From Octopus sinensis (Eukaryota), in NCBI RefSeq assembly GCF_006345805.1, contig NC_043020.1, positions 2,170,001-2,234,000 on the forward strand: DNA of 64,000 bases, given 5' to 3'. Below, piece by piece: positions 1 through 14,413 of this stretch (position 1 is the stretch's first letter; every line of letters starts with the position of its first letter). The notes beneath the pieces were generated by a model. The model was not told the DNA's origin and made no database searches. It saw only the letters and a program-made list of their open reading frames with translations. A program made the translations under genes and the position numbers.

Positions 1-170
<170 letters not shown>

Positions 171-779
171 ATATACACATACACCCTACACATATGTAGA
201 TTATATAAATGTACGTGTAATACTAGCGTATATATATATATATATATATATCAGGTTCGTGTGTGTATGTATGTGTTTAGAGAGAGGGGGAGAGAGGGAG
301 AGAGAGGAAGAGATAGGTTGAGGTGGAAATAAACGCAAGAGAGCGACTTCTCTGAAGATTATACGGTTCAGTGAAGAAAAGAACCGGCTAAAGATGGTGA
401 GTTGCGATATGACACACACATAAATAATGTCTCCGCTTTGAAACAAGACTTTGATATAGAGAGAATCGCAGATAAATAATTACATCACAGTTAGTTTATT
501 GCCATATCATTAGATTATGTGCTGTAACTGCCATCTGATGGTGGGTCCTTGGTTCGGGGGTTCATGGGTTTTGGAAAGTGTGGAAAAAAAACCTCTCAGC
601 TACTATTATTGCCAGGCCGACTCTGACTCGGTGTAGTAACACATGTCATCGTGTCCTCCAACGGTTAATTACCATATTTTGGAATTCCCTCCTGGAAAAT
701 GCCCCCCATAAACATACTAACAAACCCCGGCTTCTTTATCTCTTAGGCTTTTTTATCTCTGCTCGTCTAAAATAAAGCA

Positions 780-1225
780 AATCCCCAGAAGCCCTCCTTC
801 CTGATAACTGCTGGACCCCGGACACTTGTTGCATCAGATAAGACATTGATATGATAGAACCAAAAATAGAGTTTATAATATTGAGGTTGTAAGTGATTAC
901 AGGAATGGCCTCAATTTTTTTAAGGCATTCAGCTTGGTTTTTTAAAAGGCTCTTACTTTTCGGTAGCACTCCTTCCATACCTTTTCTTTCACTAGTGAGT
1001 GTTTGATCCCATCTCTTTCACATAGTCCTAGATACTTATTATTGCCCTAAGGTCGTAATTCTTTTGTCTCTATCTTGAGTTATGCTGCATGTGTTTCGTT
1101 GTTTTTCCTTGGTGAATGTAGCCTTGATGCATTTCTCAAGCCCAAGTTCCATTATCATGTCATCAGTAAATTGTTTGACTGTGTGTAGAAGTGTGGGAGA
1201 GAAAATGGAGGAGACCGTACAGAAA
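780..1225 (-). mobile_element. Degenerate non-LTR retrotransposon fragment (end of RT/thumb), R4/Dong-like
   Basis: Minus-strand peptides LLHTVKQFTDDMIMELGLEKCIKATF and AIPVITYNLNIIN resemble the post-RT region of RLE-class LINEs. The reading frame is broken. Confidence 0.7.
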
Positions 1226-1274
1226 TGCATTCATATAATACAACAAAAAACATGTTTTTAAGGATGTAAGCAGT

Positions 1275-1850
1275 ACCTATCAACACAATCTTTTGAAATA
1301 TGACTTTCCTGTGTTGCCTAGATATTTCTGACATCCCATTTTTATCATACCAAAGACACCTAAAATAATAGAAACAGTTTTTGCTTTAAGATGCCACATC
1401 TTTTGCATTTCAGATCTGATCTCCGTGTGTTTACTAAGTTTATCAAATTCCTTTACAGATATATTTTCATCAGTGAGAACACTTACATCTATCAATCTAC
1501 AAATATTTTCTTCCCTGTTTGGTCGATTAACCTGGATTGTTCAGTCAGTATTGACCTGAAAATTCCAAAGAATGCTAACAGTTTTACCTTAAACCACTGG
1601 CTCAGGATGGTGTTCATACCAGTTAGCAGGAATGTCGATTTGACAGTGCTTACATATGTTTCAAAGTAAATACTGTCCAACCCTATTGCAGCGATTTTTA
1701 TACTCGTATGCTGTTAGTACAGAGCTGCCTGAAAGAAGATGGCCTACTGTTTCATCAGATGTGTTGTAGAATCTACATTTTGGGTCAGCACCGCATATAA
1801 GAACATTAGCTTGGTGATTTCTGGTAAACAAGCTTCGGTCTTGTGCTGCC
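1275..1850 (-). mobile_element. Degenerate RLE-class (R4/Dong-like) LINE C-terminus: zinc knuckle plus restriction-like endonuclease
   Basis: Manual translation gives AAQDRSLFTRNH...DPKCRFYNTSDETVGHLLSGS...YKNRCNRVG (decayed CCHC and RHN motifs), then IDVSVLTDENISVKEFDKLSKH...KMWHLKAKTVSIILGVFG (RLE domain). Confidence 0.8.
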
Positions 1851-2004
1851 AGTATGAAGCAGCGTAAAGAACGGCTTAGCCCCGGTAAACAAGCGACAAG
1901 GCGCGTGAAACAAGATCTTCATCCGCGTAAAACGATGCTGTGCGTATGGTGGGACTGGGAAGGGATTATCCATTACGAATTGCTTGAACGGAACCAAACG
2001 GTTC
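1851..2004 (+). mobile_element. mariner transposase catalytic-domain fragment
   Basis: Translates as LSPGKQATRRVKQDLHPRKTMLCVWWDWEGIIHYELLERNQTV, matching the mariner K.MLCVWWD..G.IHYELL motif. Confidence 0.88.
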
Positions 2005-3030
2005 TCACTTCCTCTAATCACGTGGCAGCGTAATGCATCGGCTGGCTATCTGCTATCTCACACAATCTCTGTCCCTCTCCTCTATCACACTTTCACACAC
2101 CCTCTCCAGCTCTCGCTTTCTCTCCCTCTCTCCCTCCCTCTCTCTCACTCCACCTCTCACTCACTCCACTTTCTCTCTCAAACGAACTAAAGTGTAATGT
2201 GTGAACGAATGAACAAGCATAATTACAATATAGATAAATATATATCGAAAGGTTCCTCAGAACTTAGATTAAATAATCACGTGCCATTCGTGTAATCCAT
2301 TTGTGTCAATTAGAAAGAAAATAGCTAATAATTTACAAAATGGCTCTCATTGGGGAGAAAGAATGAGGTTGAGTAAAATCGAACACGATCAAAATATTAA
2401 TTGCTATTGATTTCTTAACGACAACGTTTAAGAAGATTATCATATATTTAGATTATTGCTTGTATCTTAGAGGATACAGCTTAAATTAAAATTCACTTCA
2501 AGCTATATAGGGCGCAGGCCAACCCATGTGATTAAAAAACTTGTGTTGCGGCCACGTGACTGCAAAGAAGGACTTGATTTTAAGGGGTTGCTAGATTCAT
2601 TTAATAAATATAAAAGTTTTAACCACGGGAAGGCAGAAAATAACGGAAAAGATGATTCTAGGTATTAATTACTCTTTTACTCTTTTTCTTCTTTCAGTCA
2701 TTTGACTGTGGCCATGCTGGAGCACCGCCTTTAGTCGACCAAATCGACCCCAGGACTTATTCTTTGTAAGCCTTTCTATCGATCTTAATCCGTTTGTCTG
2801 TCCTTCTTTGTCCTCTCTATGTTTAGCCCCTAAAGGGCAGTAAAGAAATGAATATCATACTTTGATATTGTGTGTGCTGAGATCCTCGTTGTCAGGCCAC
2901 TGGTATTAAAAATGAATCGTTAACATTTACGGTATACAAATTATTAGTCCCAGTATCTTATAGCTACTGGAATTACTGAGTATATAAAGAGATTGGCTGC
3001 TCGTTTCGCTTGGATTGGTCAAACAGGTGT

Positions 3031-3078
3031 AGACTTCTCTGATGACAATTCAGTACAGTTCGAAAATTGATTGAGGCT
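3031..3078 (+). ncRNA. Degenerate hammerhead-ribozyme-like motif
   Basis: CTGATGA-CAATT-cagtac-AGTTC-GAAA-ATTGATT, about 30 nt before a (TA)n run. Stems I and II are imperfect. Confidence 0.3.
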
Positions 3079-3234
3079 GCTACGGAGAAATAGCTAAATT
3101 AATCCCGTTTTATATATATATATATATATATCCTAGTAACTACTGTACTCATAGCACTTTCTGAACCTGACCGACACAAGTTTGAGGGACAAGAAAGTGG
3201 GAGTGGCTCTGCAGAAATCATGCTCGCTATTATC

Positions 3235-3468
3235 TATTTCTTTACTACCCACAAGAGGCTAAACACAGAGAGGACAAACAAGGACAGACAAACGGATTAA
3301 GTCGATTATATCGACCCCAGTGCGTAACTGTACTTATTTAATCAACCCCGAAAGGATGAAAGGTAAAGTCGACCTCGGCGGAAATTGAACTCAGAACGTA
3401 GCGGCACACGAAATACCGCTAAGCATTTCGCCCGGTGTGCTAATGTTTCTGCCAGTTCGCCGCCTTTA
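3235..3468 (-). mobile_element. SINE family B (tRNA-like head, Nin/Deu-like central domain), full-length with target-site duplication
   Basis: Near-match to the core GCCTTTCATCCTTTCGGGGTCGATAAATTAAGTACC seen in other copies. Flanked by the 15-bp TSD ATGCTCGCTATTATC (3220-3234, 3469-3483). Confidence 0.93.
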
Positions 3469-3593
3469 ATGCTCGCTATTATCATCTCCATCATGCAGGT
3501 TTTTCAGTAATCCAAGACATCAAATGTTTTGATGAACCCTCTAAGTCGTCGAAGCGAAGAAAGAGTCCGCCGTATGTATACATACATACATAC

Positions 3594-3810
3594 ATACGAG
3601 GGTGTACTGAGAATTTCTTAGCTTTAGCTGAAAGAATATACAGGAGGATCAGTTAGTTATGATTTTACTCAACATATTCCCGTCTCAGATTCACATACTT
3701 ATTGCAGCGATCCTTCAGTTTTTCTAAGCTCTGAAAAAGAACTCGGATCTTTGGGCCTCCGACCAGACTTTTCGTGATACCTTTAAAACCAGAAACTTTC
3801 AGCACCGCGT
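3594..3810 (-). mobile_element. mariner 3' end remnant with terminal inverted repeat
   Basis: TACGAGGG terminus. The minus strand reads KLKDRCNKYVNLRREYVE*, a typical mariner C-terminus. Confidence 0.75.
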
Positions 3811-4073
3811 TGTATATACTTCTTTGTGGATGTGTATATGTGTATGCATGTATGTGTATGTGTGGGCGTAATTATGTATGTATGAAATTCGCAACAAAAC
3901 AGGCGCTTAATAGTGTTATCTGAAAAAGTTGCCGTGTTAAGAACACCTGATCTCATAACTCTAGATTTAATACCATTATTAAATTTTTCAGCTTTTCCAT
4001 CTCCCCAACTCTCTCTCCCTCTCACTTTCTATATATATATCTCTCTCTCTCACTCTCTCTCTCTCTCTATCTA

Positions 4074-4116
<43 letters not shown>

Positions 4117-4131
4117 ATATATATATATATA

Positions 4132-4192
<61 letters not shown>

Positions 4193-4289
4193 GTGTTTCA
4201 AAATAAAATTAGGTTATAGATGAGTTTGTTCTCAGTATATTATATATGTGCGTCAGTGTTTGTGCGTGAGCGCGTGTTTATGTCATGTT

Positions 4290-5020
4290 AATAAAGATTG
4301 CAAACTTTGGCACAAAGCCACTCATTTCGGGGAAGACGGTTAAATCAATTACATCGACGTCAATGTTCAACTGGTACTTTTTCTATCGATCCGGAAAGGA
4401 TGAAAAGCAAAGCCGACCTCGACTGAATTTGAACTCAGAACATTAAGACAAGACCCCCTCCACTGAAATCCCAGGCCTTGTACCAAAATTTAAAATCAAC
4501 ATAAAGTTTTAAGCTTCAATATGAAAGCATAAAAAGGCGGCGAACTTGCAGAAACGTTAGCACGCCGGGCAAAATGCTTTCTGAATTCAAATTCCGCCGA
4601 GGTCGACTTTGCCTTTCATCTTTTCGGGAGCGATAAATTAAGTACCAGTTACGTACTGCGGTCGATGTAATCGACTTAATCCGTTTGTCTGTCCTTGTTT
4701 GTCTCCTCTATGTTTAGCCCCTTGTGGGCAATAAAGAAATAAGAAACGTTAGCACGCCGGGCGAAATGCTTATCGGTATTTCGTGGCGGTGAGTTCGCAG
4801 AAACGTTTGCGCGCTAGGTGAAATGCTTATCGGCATTTCGTCTGCCGTTACGTTCTGAGTTCAAATTCCGCCGAGGTCGACTTTGCCTTTCATCCTTTCG
4901 GGGTCGATAAATTAAGTACCAGTTGCGTACTGAGGTCGATTTAATAGACTCGCCTCTCCCTCCCCCCACCCCCCACCCCAAAAAAAATTCGAGCCTTGTG
5001 TTTTGAGTAGAAAAGAATAT
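4290..5020. mobile_element. Cluster of SINE family B copies: one older minus copy, then a plus-strand multimer
   Basis: Repeated GAAACGTTAGCACGCCGGG and CCGAGGTCGACTTTGCCTTTCATC blocks. Confidence 0.9.
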
Positions 5021-5374
5021 GAAAGCTTAAACAGAAGAGACCGGGGAAAATAATTACGGAATCCCTCAACGGAAAATAAATACGAAGTCGTCGAAGGTGA
5101 ATTGTTGCGAAGGAAGACAAAAACAAAAACAAGTTCAAATTTCAAGGAGGACCCAGGAAATGAGTGAAATAGAGATGAAATCTTCCATCTTGTTGATCAC
5201 GACAAAATAATTTATTTTATTATTTCAGTCCCTCCTACATCACTAGACTGTTATCATCATCGTCATTGCGGCGAGTCGCTGCCATCGTAAATTTTGGTCC
5301 GTTCCAAACAATCGTGAGTTCGATGTGACTGCTATTATATTAGCTCATGATTTAGGTTTTTCATGGGTTGATAG

Positions 5375-5870
5375 GACACGAGCACACACACACACACACA
5401 CACACACACTCAGAAGTTCACACGCACACACAGATACACACACACGCGCACACATGCACACACACGCATGCACACACACACGCTCAGAAGTTCACACGCA
5501 CACACAGATGCACACACACGCACACACATGCACACACACGCACACACACACACATGCACACACGCACACACACATACACGCACACATACATATGCACACC
5601 ACACACACACACACACACATACACATACACATATACACACATGCTCAGAGGCACACACGTACAGAGGCACACACGAACAAAAGCACATACAATACACAGA
5701 GGAAAACACACACACACAGATACACAGGCACACGAAAACACAAGCACGTACACACACATACGAACACAGAAACATGCAGACACAATTCACACACGCATAG
5801 ACGCAAACACACACACACATACATGCACATACGCACGCATACACACACACACACACACATATATACACAG
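5375..5870. repeat. Degenerate (CA)n microsatellite
   Basis: Directly visible; it produces the His/Thr-rich ORFs. Confidence 0.95.
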
Positions 5871-6047
5871 AGACATGTATCAGACAACGAAGACCATATC
5901 ACACGTAATTATTAGAACGCACTTGTATTCGTGTTTGACTTCGATTATGTTGTTTAAATGGTGTTCAAACGAGCGATGAGTCTATCAAGCCAGGAGATAA
6001 TAAGGTAAGATAAAATATGTGTGTGTTTGTGTAAGTACTTATGTGTG

Positions 6048-6083
<36 letters not shown>

Positions 6084-6136
6084 AATAGAATGATTTACAG
6101 AGATGTATGAGTGCGTATCTATATATCTATCTTATC

Positions 6137-6176
<40 letters not shown>

Positions 6177-6310
6177 CTCTTTCTCTATCTATCTATCTAT
6201 CTATTTATCTATATATATATATATATATAATATATATAGATATATTATATATATTATAGATAGATAGACAGATATATAATATAGATAGATAGATAGATAG
6301 ATAAATAGAT

Positions 6311-6354
<44 letters not shown>

Positions 6355-6412
6355 CGATGCGATAGATAGATAGATAGATAGATAGATATATAGATAGATA
6401 GATAGATATACA

Positions 6413-6458
<46 letters not shown>

Positions 6459-6502
6459 ATATATATATGTATGTATTATGTATGTATGTACGTATGAACA
6501 TA

Positions 6503-6782
6503 CAGGTGTGTGGTAAGTAGCTTGCTTACCAACCATATGGTTCCGGGTTCAGTCCCACTTGCGTGGCAAGTGTCTTCTGCTATAGCCTCGAGCTGACGAA
6601 AGCCTTGTGAGTGGATTTGGTAGACTGAAAACTGAAAGAAGCCCGTCGTTTATGTGTGTGTATGTTTGTATATCCGTGTTTTTCCCCCCACCATCGTTTC
6701 ACAACTTCACAACCGATGTTGGTGTGTTTACATCCCCGTAACTTGGCGTTTTGGTAAAAGAGAGAACGATAGAATTAGTACT
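6503..6782 (+). mobile_element. SINE family C, 3'-truncated
   Basis: Matches the full copy at 31383-31792 (GGTAAGTAGCTTGCTTACCAACC...GGATTTGGTAGAC...). Confidence 0.88.
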
Positions 6783-7312
6783 TCCAACCATCAAATATGG
6801 AGGAGGATCCGTTATGATCTGGGGGGCTATAACTTGGAAACCACCGGCCCAATGGTTTCCCTTCGTGGCAGAATTAATAGTCAAGATGATTTGAGCATTT
6901 CATCTGATCAAATTCAACCTTTCGTTGCGGAACTGTTTCCGGAGGGAAATGCAATCTTTCGGGATGATAATGCACTAATTCACTCAGCTAAAGTTGTTAC
7001 TGAATGGCACGAAGAACATTCTAGTGAAGTTAAACATCTTCTTTGGCCATCACAGACCCCAGATCTCAGTATTATTGAACATTTATGGTGCATTTTAGAA
7101 AAACAAGTAAGGAGTCGATATCCTCCACCATCATCACTACAAGAACTGGAGACTGTTTTAGCTGAAGAATTCAGCTAAATTATTTCCTATGGAAATAATT
7201 CAAACTGTGTACAAGTTCTTACCTCGTAGAATTCAAGCTGTAATTACAGCCAAATGCGGTCCTACCCGATATTAAAATAAATTTTAAGGTGTTTCCATTA
7301 TTTTGTCCAACT
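6783..7312 (+). mobile_element. Tc1-family transposase remnant (DDE domain) with right end
   Basis: YGGGSVMIWG...IFRDDNALIHSAKVVTEW...WPSQTPDLSIIEHLW...LQELE. There are 36 residues between the second catalytic D and the E. Confidence 0.9.
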
Positions 7313-7486
7313 ACGCAGAGTGAGGGGAGAGACTGGAGGTGCAGAGCGTTTGCATTATCTTCTACCGATTGAAGATCACACAGATTTCGCCAACTGATAC
7401 GTTTATGTGCGTGTGTATACATAATATTCATACATACACACATACGTACATATATATATATATATATTATATATATAATATCATAC

Positions 7487-7532
<46 letters not shown>

Positions 7533-7650
7533 ATTATATATATATATATACATATATATACATACATACATATATATATCATGCAAGAATACACACGCAC
7601 GAACACACACACACAGGCACACGTACACACACACACACACACATACACAC

Positions 7651-7689
<39 letters not shown>

Positions 7690-7807
7690 CATAAATACAT
7701 AAATAAGCACACATACAAAAGTCTGTAAATTATTTTCAGTATGTATGCGTATTATTTCATTAAACATACGTACACTCATACACACATGCACATATTTCAG
7801 AATACCA

Positions 7808-7850
<43 letters not shown>

Positions 7851-8000
7851 CATATATATAAGTTTATATATATGTATATATATCAGATATATATTCATTT
7901 GCATGCCTTCACGTATGTGTATATATATGTGGATGAATAATAGCGCAACTATACATATACAAACACTTGTATATACACACATATATATGTATACGCATAT

Positions 8001-8078
<78 letters not shown>

Positions 8079-8123
8079 TACATATATGCATATATACGTC
8101 GAAATATGCATGTATCTACACAA

Positions 8124-8165
<42 letters not shown>

Positions 8166-8871
8166 CTATATATATATATATATATACACGCACACATTCT
8201 AACATACATAATGCATACGTACAGGCACATACACACGTACATACACACACACACATACACACCTACATAGGCGGGTACACATCTGAATTATTTATGATTG
8301 CTGTTACTTATTGAAGCCTCTAAATTTATGATATAAGGTTATACCGATACATATACTAAAGCTAATATATCAAATTGAATCGCAGCTTTTCTCTCTTTCC
8401 CCCTCTCGCTCTTCCTCGTTGTTTTCCCCTCTTCTTTCCCCAGTTATCTCTCTCCGTCTCTCTATCATCAAGTTTCTTTCTCCTTCCGTTGTTCTTTGTC
8501 AATGTCTTTGTCTAATTATCTCTGTACGTTCGTGTATAATCCGCCCTCTCCTTCTCTCCTTGTCTCCTTTTTCTCTATCTGTCAATCTCTTTCTTCCTCT
8601 TGTTGTTTCGGTATCACTTTATCTATTCAGTTACCTTTATTTATACAACTCTGTATATGCGTCTTTCTTGCATTCTATCTCTCTGACTCTGTCTCTCTCT
8701 CTCCCTCTCTACCTCCTCTCTCCCTCTGTTTGTCTCTATCTCTTGTTTTTTAACTATCTGTCTCTACGTATACACTTCTCTCTGTCTCTCGTTTCTCTAT
8801 CAAATTTATCACTTTCTATCTCTCATTTTCTACATTTTTGTATATGCATCCCTCTCTTTCTCCCTCCCTCT

Positions 8872-8916
<45 letters not shown>

Positions 8917-9469
8917 GTCACTCTGTCCCTCTATCTGTCTTTCTCATTCATTTGTCCATATTTACTTTGCCATTGTCCTTCCTCTCTATACATGCCGCTT
9001 TTAATCTACGTCTCAGAGTCTATCATGTAACATCTACTTTTCTTTCCCATTTTAACATTTTTCTCTAACTCCCTCTACACTCTCTCTCCCTCTCTCACTC
9101 TTTTTTTCCTCATTCTAACATTATTTGCTTATCTTTTTATCTATTTATCTTTATTTTCTGTATACGCGTCTTTGAATAAAATCTGCTCAGCTTCTAATTT
9201 ATTTCCTTCAGTTTATAATTCCACCCCCCCCCTCTCTATCTCTCTCTCTCTCTCGCTCACTCACTCACTCTTTCTAATACAATATATCTGTCCAGCTATC
9301 AGCCTTTCACTGACAAAGTTAGCAGAGCGCAGACAAAATGCCTTGCAATTTCATTACGATCGATGGGGATCTGAGTTCGAATCCGAATTGACTTTCTGTT
9401 TCATCATTCTGACGTCAATTAAATCAATACTGTTTAAGTATTGGAATCTATATAATCTATACGAATGTT

Positions 9470-9880
9470 GTGCCCAAGCATGACCAATGATTGAATCCTG
9501 GGAAAAAATAGTTTTGCCGGATCGCTAGGTTACGAAAATGGAAACAAACCAACACCGGTTGTCAAGTGGGGCAGTGAAAACAAACACAGTTAACCACACT
9601 TTCACACACGCGTACACAAGCAATCACTCTCACACGCGCACATATACACACACACAAACCATCATTCACACACTCACAATCACACTCATACACACACGCG
9701 TGCGCAAACTCTCTCACTCACACACGCACACACATATAATCGACGGGCTTCCACACAATTTCCGTCGACCAAATTCACTTACAAGGCATTGCACAAGATA
9801 CTGCGCAGTGAGCTTTAATCCGAATCCATATGGTTACAAAGCGAGCTTCTTAGACACACAGCCATGTCTGGGCCTATACT
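9470..9880 (-). mobile_element. Diverged SINE family C
   Basis: Reverse-complement similarity to 31383-31792 (GACGGGCTTCC..TTTCCGTC..CCAAATTCACT..CAAGGC). Confidence 0.7.
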
Positions 9881-10449
9881 TCTGATAGCTTTTTCAATTA
9901 CGTGTATCTTTATCAAAACAGATCCACAGATCTATGAAGTCCTGTGTGTGTGTCTGAATCATATACTTCATGAAATGTTCAACACATGAAAATTCATTTT
10001 GGCCAGTGTCCAAACTTTGATATAGGAGCGATTTCCTTTTCATCATCAAATTTATGATCCATTTGCTTACCATTTAAAGTTCCATTGGTCCTAAGCTCTG
10101 AAATAAGATATAATGAATTAATTCACATCTTCTGTAGTAACTTGCAGCTCGATGTAATTCATAAACTGAGCTTCCACTGCAACAGCTTCGAGGGTATGCT
10201 CAAAAACCTGTAAAATTTTTACGTTAAATTTTGCCATGGCTGTGTGTCGAAGTTCGCTTTGAAACTACATGGTTTCGGGTTCAGTCCAACTCTGCAGGCT
10301 TTTGGGAAGTTTCTTCTGTCGGATTGATCAATGCTTTGTGAATGTATTTAGTAAATAGGAGACTTTACTACACAGCTATCATTCTTTGCTTGCTTGGAAT
10401 TCGGGGGAATCAACGGCTTATATTTATTAATGTTCCTTCAATATGGGTA

Positions 10450-10820
10450 TAAATTAATAACTTGCTTAGAATTACAGCAAGACTCCAGTGAGTTTCTTGA
10501 TCGTCAATCAAGGTTTTTAATGAATTTTTCTCCATTTATTTCCCATCACAATACCTCATTTCTCTTTAACATAATTGTTGCCACCATATTCCCTGAATTA
10601 CACAAGCGTTTTCCATTTGGCTTTTTTATTTCATCCTTAATAATTGAAAATGTGATTGATTCGCTCATGTTCAAAGCTTTATTTATTGAATATTGAGACT
10701 GATTTGTTGAAGATCGACATGAATATTATTAACCGTTCCATATTTCATTGTATTGCATCAGTTTTATGGGGGTCTGCTTTTTTTGACATTCGCATCATCA
10801 TGTCGCTTTTACATTTTGGA
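10450..10820 (-). mobile_element. Decayed pogo/Tigger (CENP-B-like) transposase N-terminus
   Basis: Broken minus-strand frames give NMSESITFSIIKDE, MEK...LKTLIDDQ and SLAVILSK, resembling psq and CENP-B helix-turn-helix motifs. Confidence 0.5.
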
Positions 10821-11584
10821 CCTGTTTATATAACATAATATTATATAACATAATATAAACTAAGCAATATAAATATATGATATATAGTATCAAATACTAA
10901 AACGTTCTTTAAACGCTGCTTTTGTATAAGGGCGCCGAGCAATGAATAACTAACATGGCGTCGGTTTGCTTACAAACAAAAATGAGCCTAAAATCTAAAG
11001 AGACAATATCCGGATACATAAATGCTTTTACGTTTATTAATTTTCGTAGATAATCGATTCTGTTGTAGTTATAGCCTATTTTAGGCAAATTTACAATATA
11101 CAAAAGCCATGTTGCTTTACAAGATATTATTTGAGCATTTAATGATATTGTACCCTTAAAAATTATATGGGAAATGAAAGGATATAAGCATAAAGGACTA
11201 CGTTTAATTCTGCTGGTAAAATAAAAATAATGCCCCAAAGTCCGAATTAGATTACAGTTGTGAATATAGAAGATCCGAATGTCCGAGAAGTACGAAGGTT
11301 TAAAAGATGAATCTAGAGTTTATCTATATTTTTATATTCGTAAATCTTCCCCGTGATAGTTGTAGCATTTAACCACTCACTCATTTTTATTATAGCCCAT
11401 GTTTATTGTACTTTAACAAGGAAGAGTTTGATAGTGAATTAGAAGTTTCGGCTTGCTCGCCTTTTTCAGCCTGTTTTACTCTGTTTTGCTTTTGGTCATT
11501 ATATAATTTTTGACAAGTTAAAGGTTGTTGTTTTTTTTTTTTGGGGGGGGGGGTGCAGGTGGAGCTATCTCAAAGGATCTTTAG

Positions 11585-12080
11585 TTGTAGTAATAACACT
11601 GTGTTACATAACTGTTGTCCTTGGGTAGCAACTGTTGTTTCCTATTTGTTTACTCCTAGAAAGTATGAAAAATGCCTAATATTTCCTTCAAACTTTGCTT
11701 TTATCCAAACCCCAAAGAATCCCTCTCAACACATGGCTATGATGCTCTCCCAGTACTCTTGCACATGATCAGAGATGCGATGCACATATTGTCAGCCACT
11801 AAGGGACATGCTCAACTGGTTACGGTCAAGCAACTGACAAGCAATTCTGTGGTACTGCACAGAATATTTGCTATATCGATATTTCTGCTTCAGCAACTTG
11901 GGGCTGAATCTGTCTGAAATGTAATGGAAAATAGGTCAGTTTCGAAACATTAATGCCCAGGTGACAAAGGCGAAGTTTGAAGAGAAAAGTAGTCATTTCT
12001 TGTCATGTCTAAATAGAAGCAAATAGTGAATAACATTTACTGACCAAAAACCAAAAAGACATTAAAATGTTGTTACTCAG
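11585..12080. mobile_element. Old MITE-like element with diverged long inverted arms
   Basis: 11590-11702 is reverse-complementary to about 11960-12077 (TTTCCTTCAAACTTTGC vs GCGAAGTTTGAAGAGAAAA). A partial second copy of the arm lies at 18865-18941. Confidence 0.55.
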
Positions 12081-12541
12081 TGTAATTGGAAGTACATAGA
12101 CTGGGGAAGGAATAGTATTTGAATGGTCTCTAGAGGAGGATAGTAAGAAAGAATGTGTTTGAAATGAGCGCGGTGATATAAATTCACGGTGAGGAGATTT
12201 TATTTGGTTTGATATGGGAATTTTGGCATTGTTTAGTATTCAGTAAAGCATGGAATAAATTGTATAAACTGGGGTTCAAATTCATACGAAGATATTCAAT
12301 ATATATAAAGTTATTCTCCTTCTGGGTGGCGTTTGGTCATCACAAAGTGATATTTGTAGATAAAGTCGTTGGTTACCCATCATATGTGCGACTGAAACCG
12401 TATCGGCGATACTGTTATTAAATGTCTAAGAAATTTTGAACTGTGTTTTCCAACTGTCACTGTTCAAACACTATGTTACTAGAAATATTATAGGGGGTGT
12501 AAATATACATAGAAGCAGACATAAACACACACACACACACA

Positions 12542-12583
<42 letters not shown>

Positions 12584-12757
12584 AACAAATAGGCAAACAT
12601 CAGCCATTAAACACGCACACTCACATAGAGGCATCCCCAAAAATATACATATCTATTGTACAAATGTATGCTTGCATATATATCTGTCTTTATATTAGTA
12701 TATATAAATATTTACGAATATATATTATGTGTGCACATATATATATATACTATATGT

Positions 12758-12825
<68 letters not shown>

Positions 12826-12886
12826 TGTTTGTTGTTTACACACGCGTCTTCGTTTTTTATTAATTCTCACAATATATACATACATA

Positions 12887-12928
<42 letters not shown>

Positions 12929-13140
12929 ATATATAATATATATATATATAATAAAAATCTATATCAATCGTAAGGGCACACACAAACACACACACACATA
13001 TATATATATATGTGAATGCGTGTATGTATTTCGAAGTATACATATATGTAGATATTTATGTAAGTACATATATATTCACATATACATACATATACGTATA
13101 TGTATCCATGTGTATTGGTATATATACATATATATATATG

Positions 13141-13179
<39 letters not shown>

Positions 13180-13678
13180 TACACACCATATGCATGTATG
13201 TATATACATATATACTATATATATATATATAATATATATATATATTATATATATATATAAATCTATGCATATTGTATATATGGACAGAGAAACTTTTCAC
13301 CGGGTATCAATTTCTGTGCATGGTTTAGATTTTCAAATTTAATCTTCTATAAAATGAAATTTAGATAGCATCTGATAGCCATTAAATGAATGTTTGTAGA
13401 CATACACTCATACAGGTAAATAAACACACACCACACACACACACACATACATACACACACACATATATATATATATACACCTTACATATATATATACCTT
13501 ACATATATATATATACATATATATACCTTACATATATATATACATATATATATATATATACCTATCTGTAAATACCTATGTAAGCACACAAACATACAAT
13601 CATAAATATACATATATACATATACATACATATACATATACATATATATATATATATATACACATTATATATATATAT

Positions 13679-13750
<72 letters not shown>

Positions 13751-13884
13751 TTTTAAACTTATCTGATGTCATGCTATTGTAGTGTTTTAATGACATGATG
13801 CCGCAGCCGAAGTTGCTCATATGTCTCTCTCTCTCTCTCCTCTCTCTCTCTATCTCCCTCTTTCTGTATTAGTAATATATATAT

Positions 13885-13958
<74 letters not shown>

Positions 13959-14373
13959 TGTTACAAGACTACATATATAAACATGTATTATATGTGTATA
14001 TATATTTGCACGTGTATATATATGAGTGGGTTGTATATATATATTATAATATATTATATATATATGCTAAATACATGCAAACACGTATGTTTTGGTTTAC
14101 TGAATATATTTGTAATATTTACAATAAATTAGACAATATTTTGTTTTCATACGTTTCTTCTGATTTGTTTTTTTTTTTCTATAATTGTAACCTGACCTTC
14201 CTTCTTCCTTGCATATATATATACATACATACAAATATATATATATACATACACACATACATACCTACATACATACATATCTGTCTGTCTGTATGCATGC
14301 ATGTATCTGCGTATATGTGTATGTATGCATGCATGTATATATATAAAGTAATATAATATGAATTATATGTATG

Positions 14374-14410
<37 letters not shown>

Positions 14411-14413
<3 letters not shown>

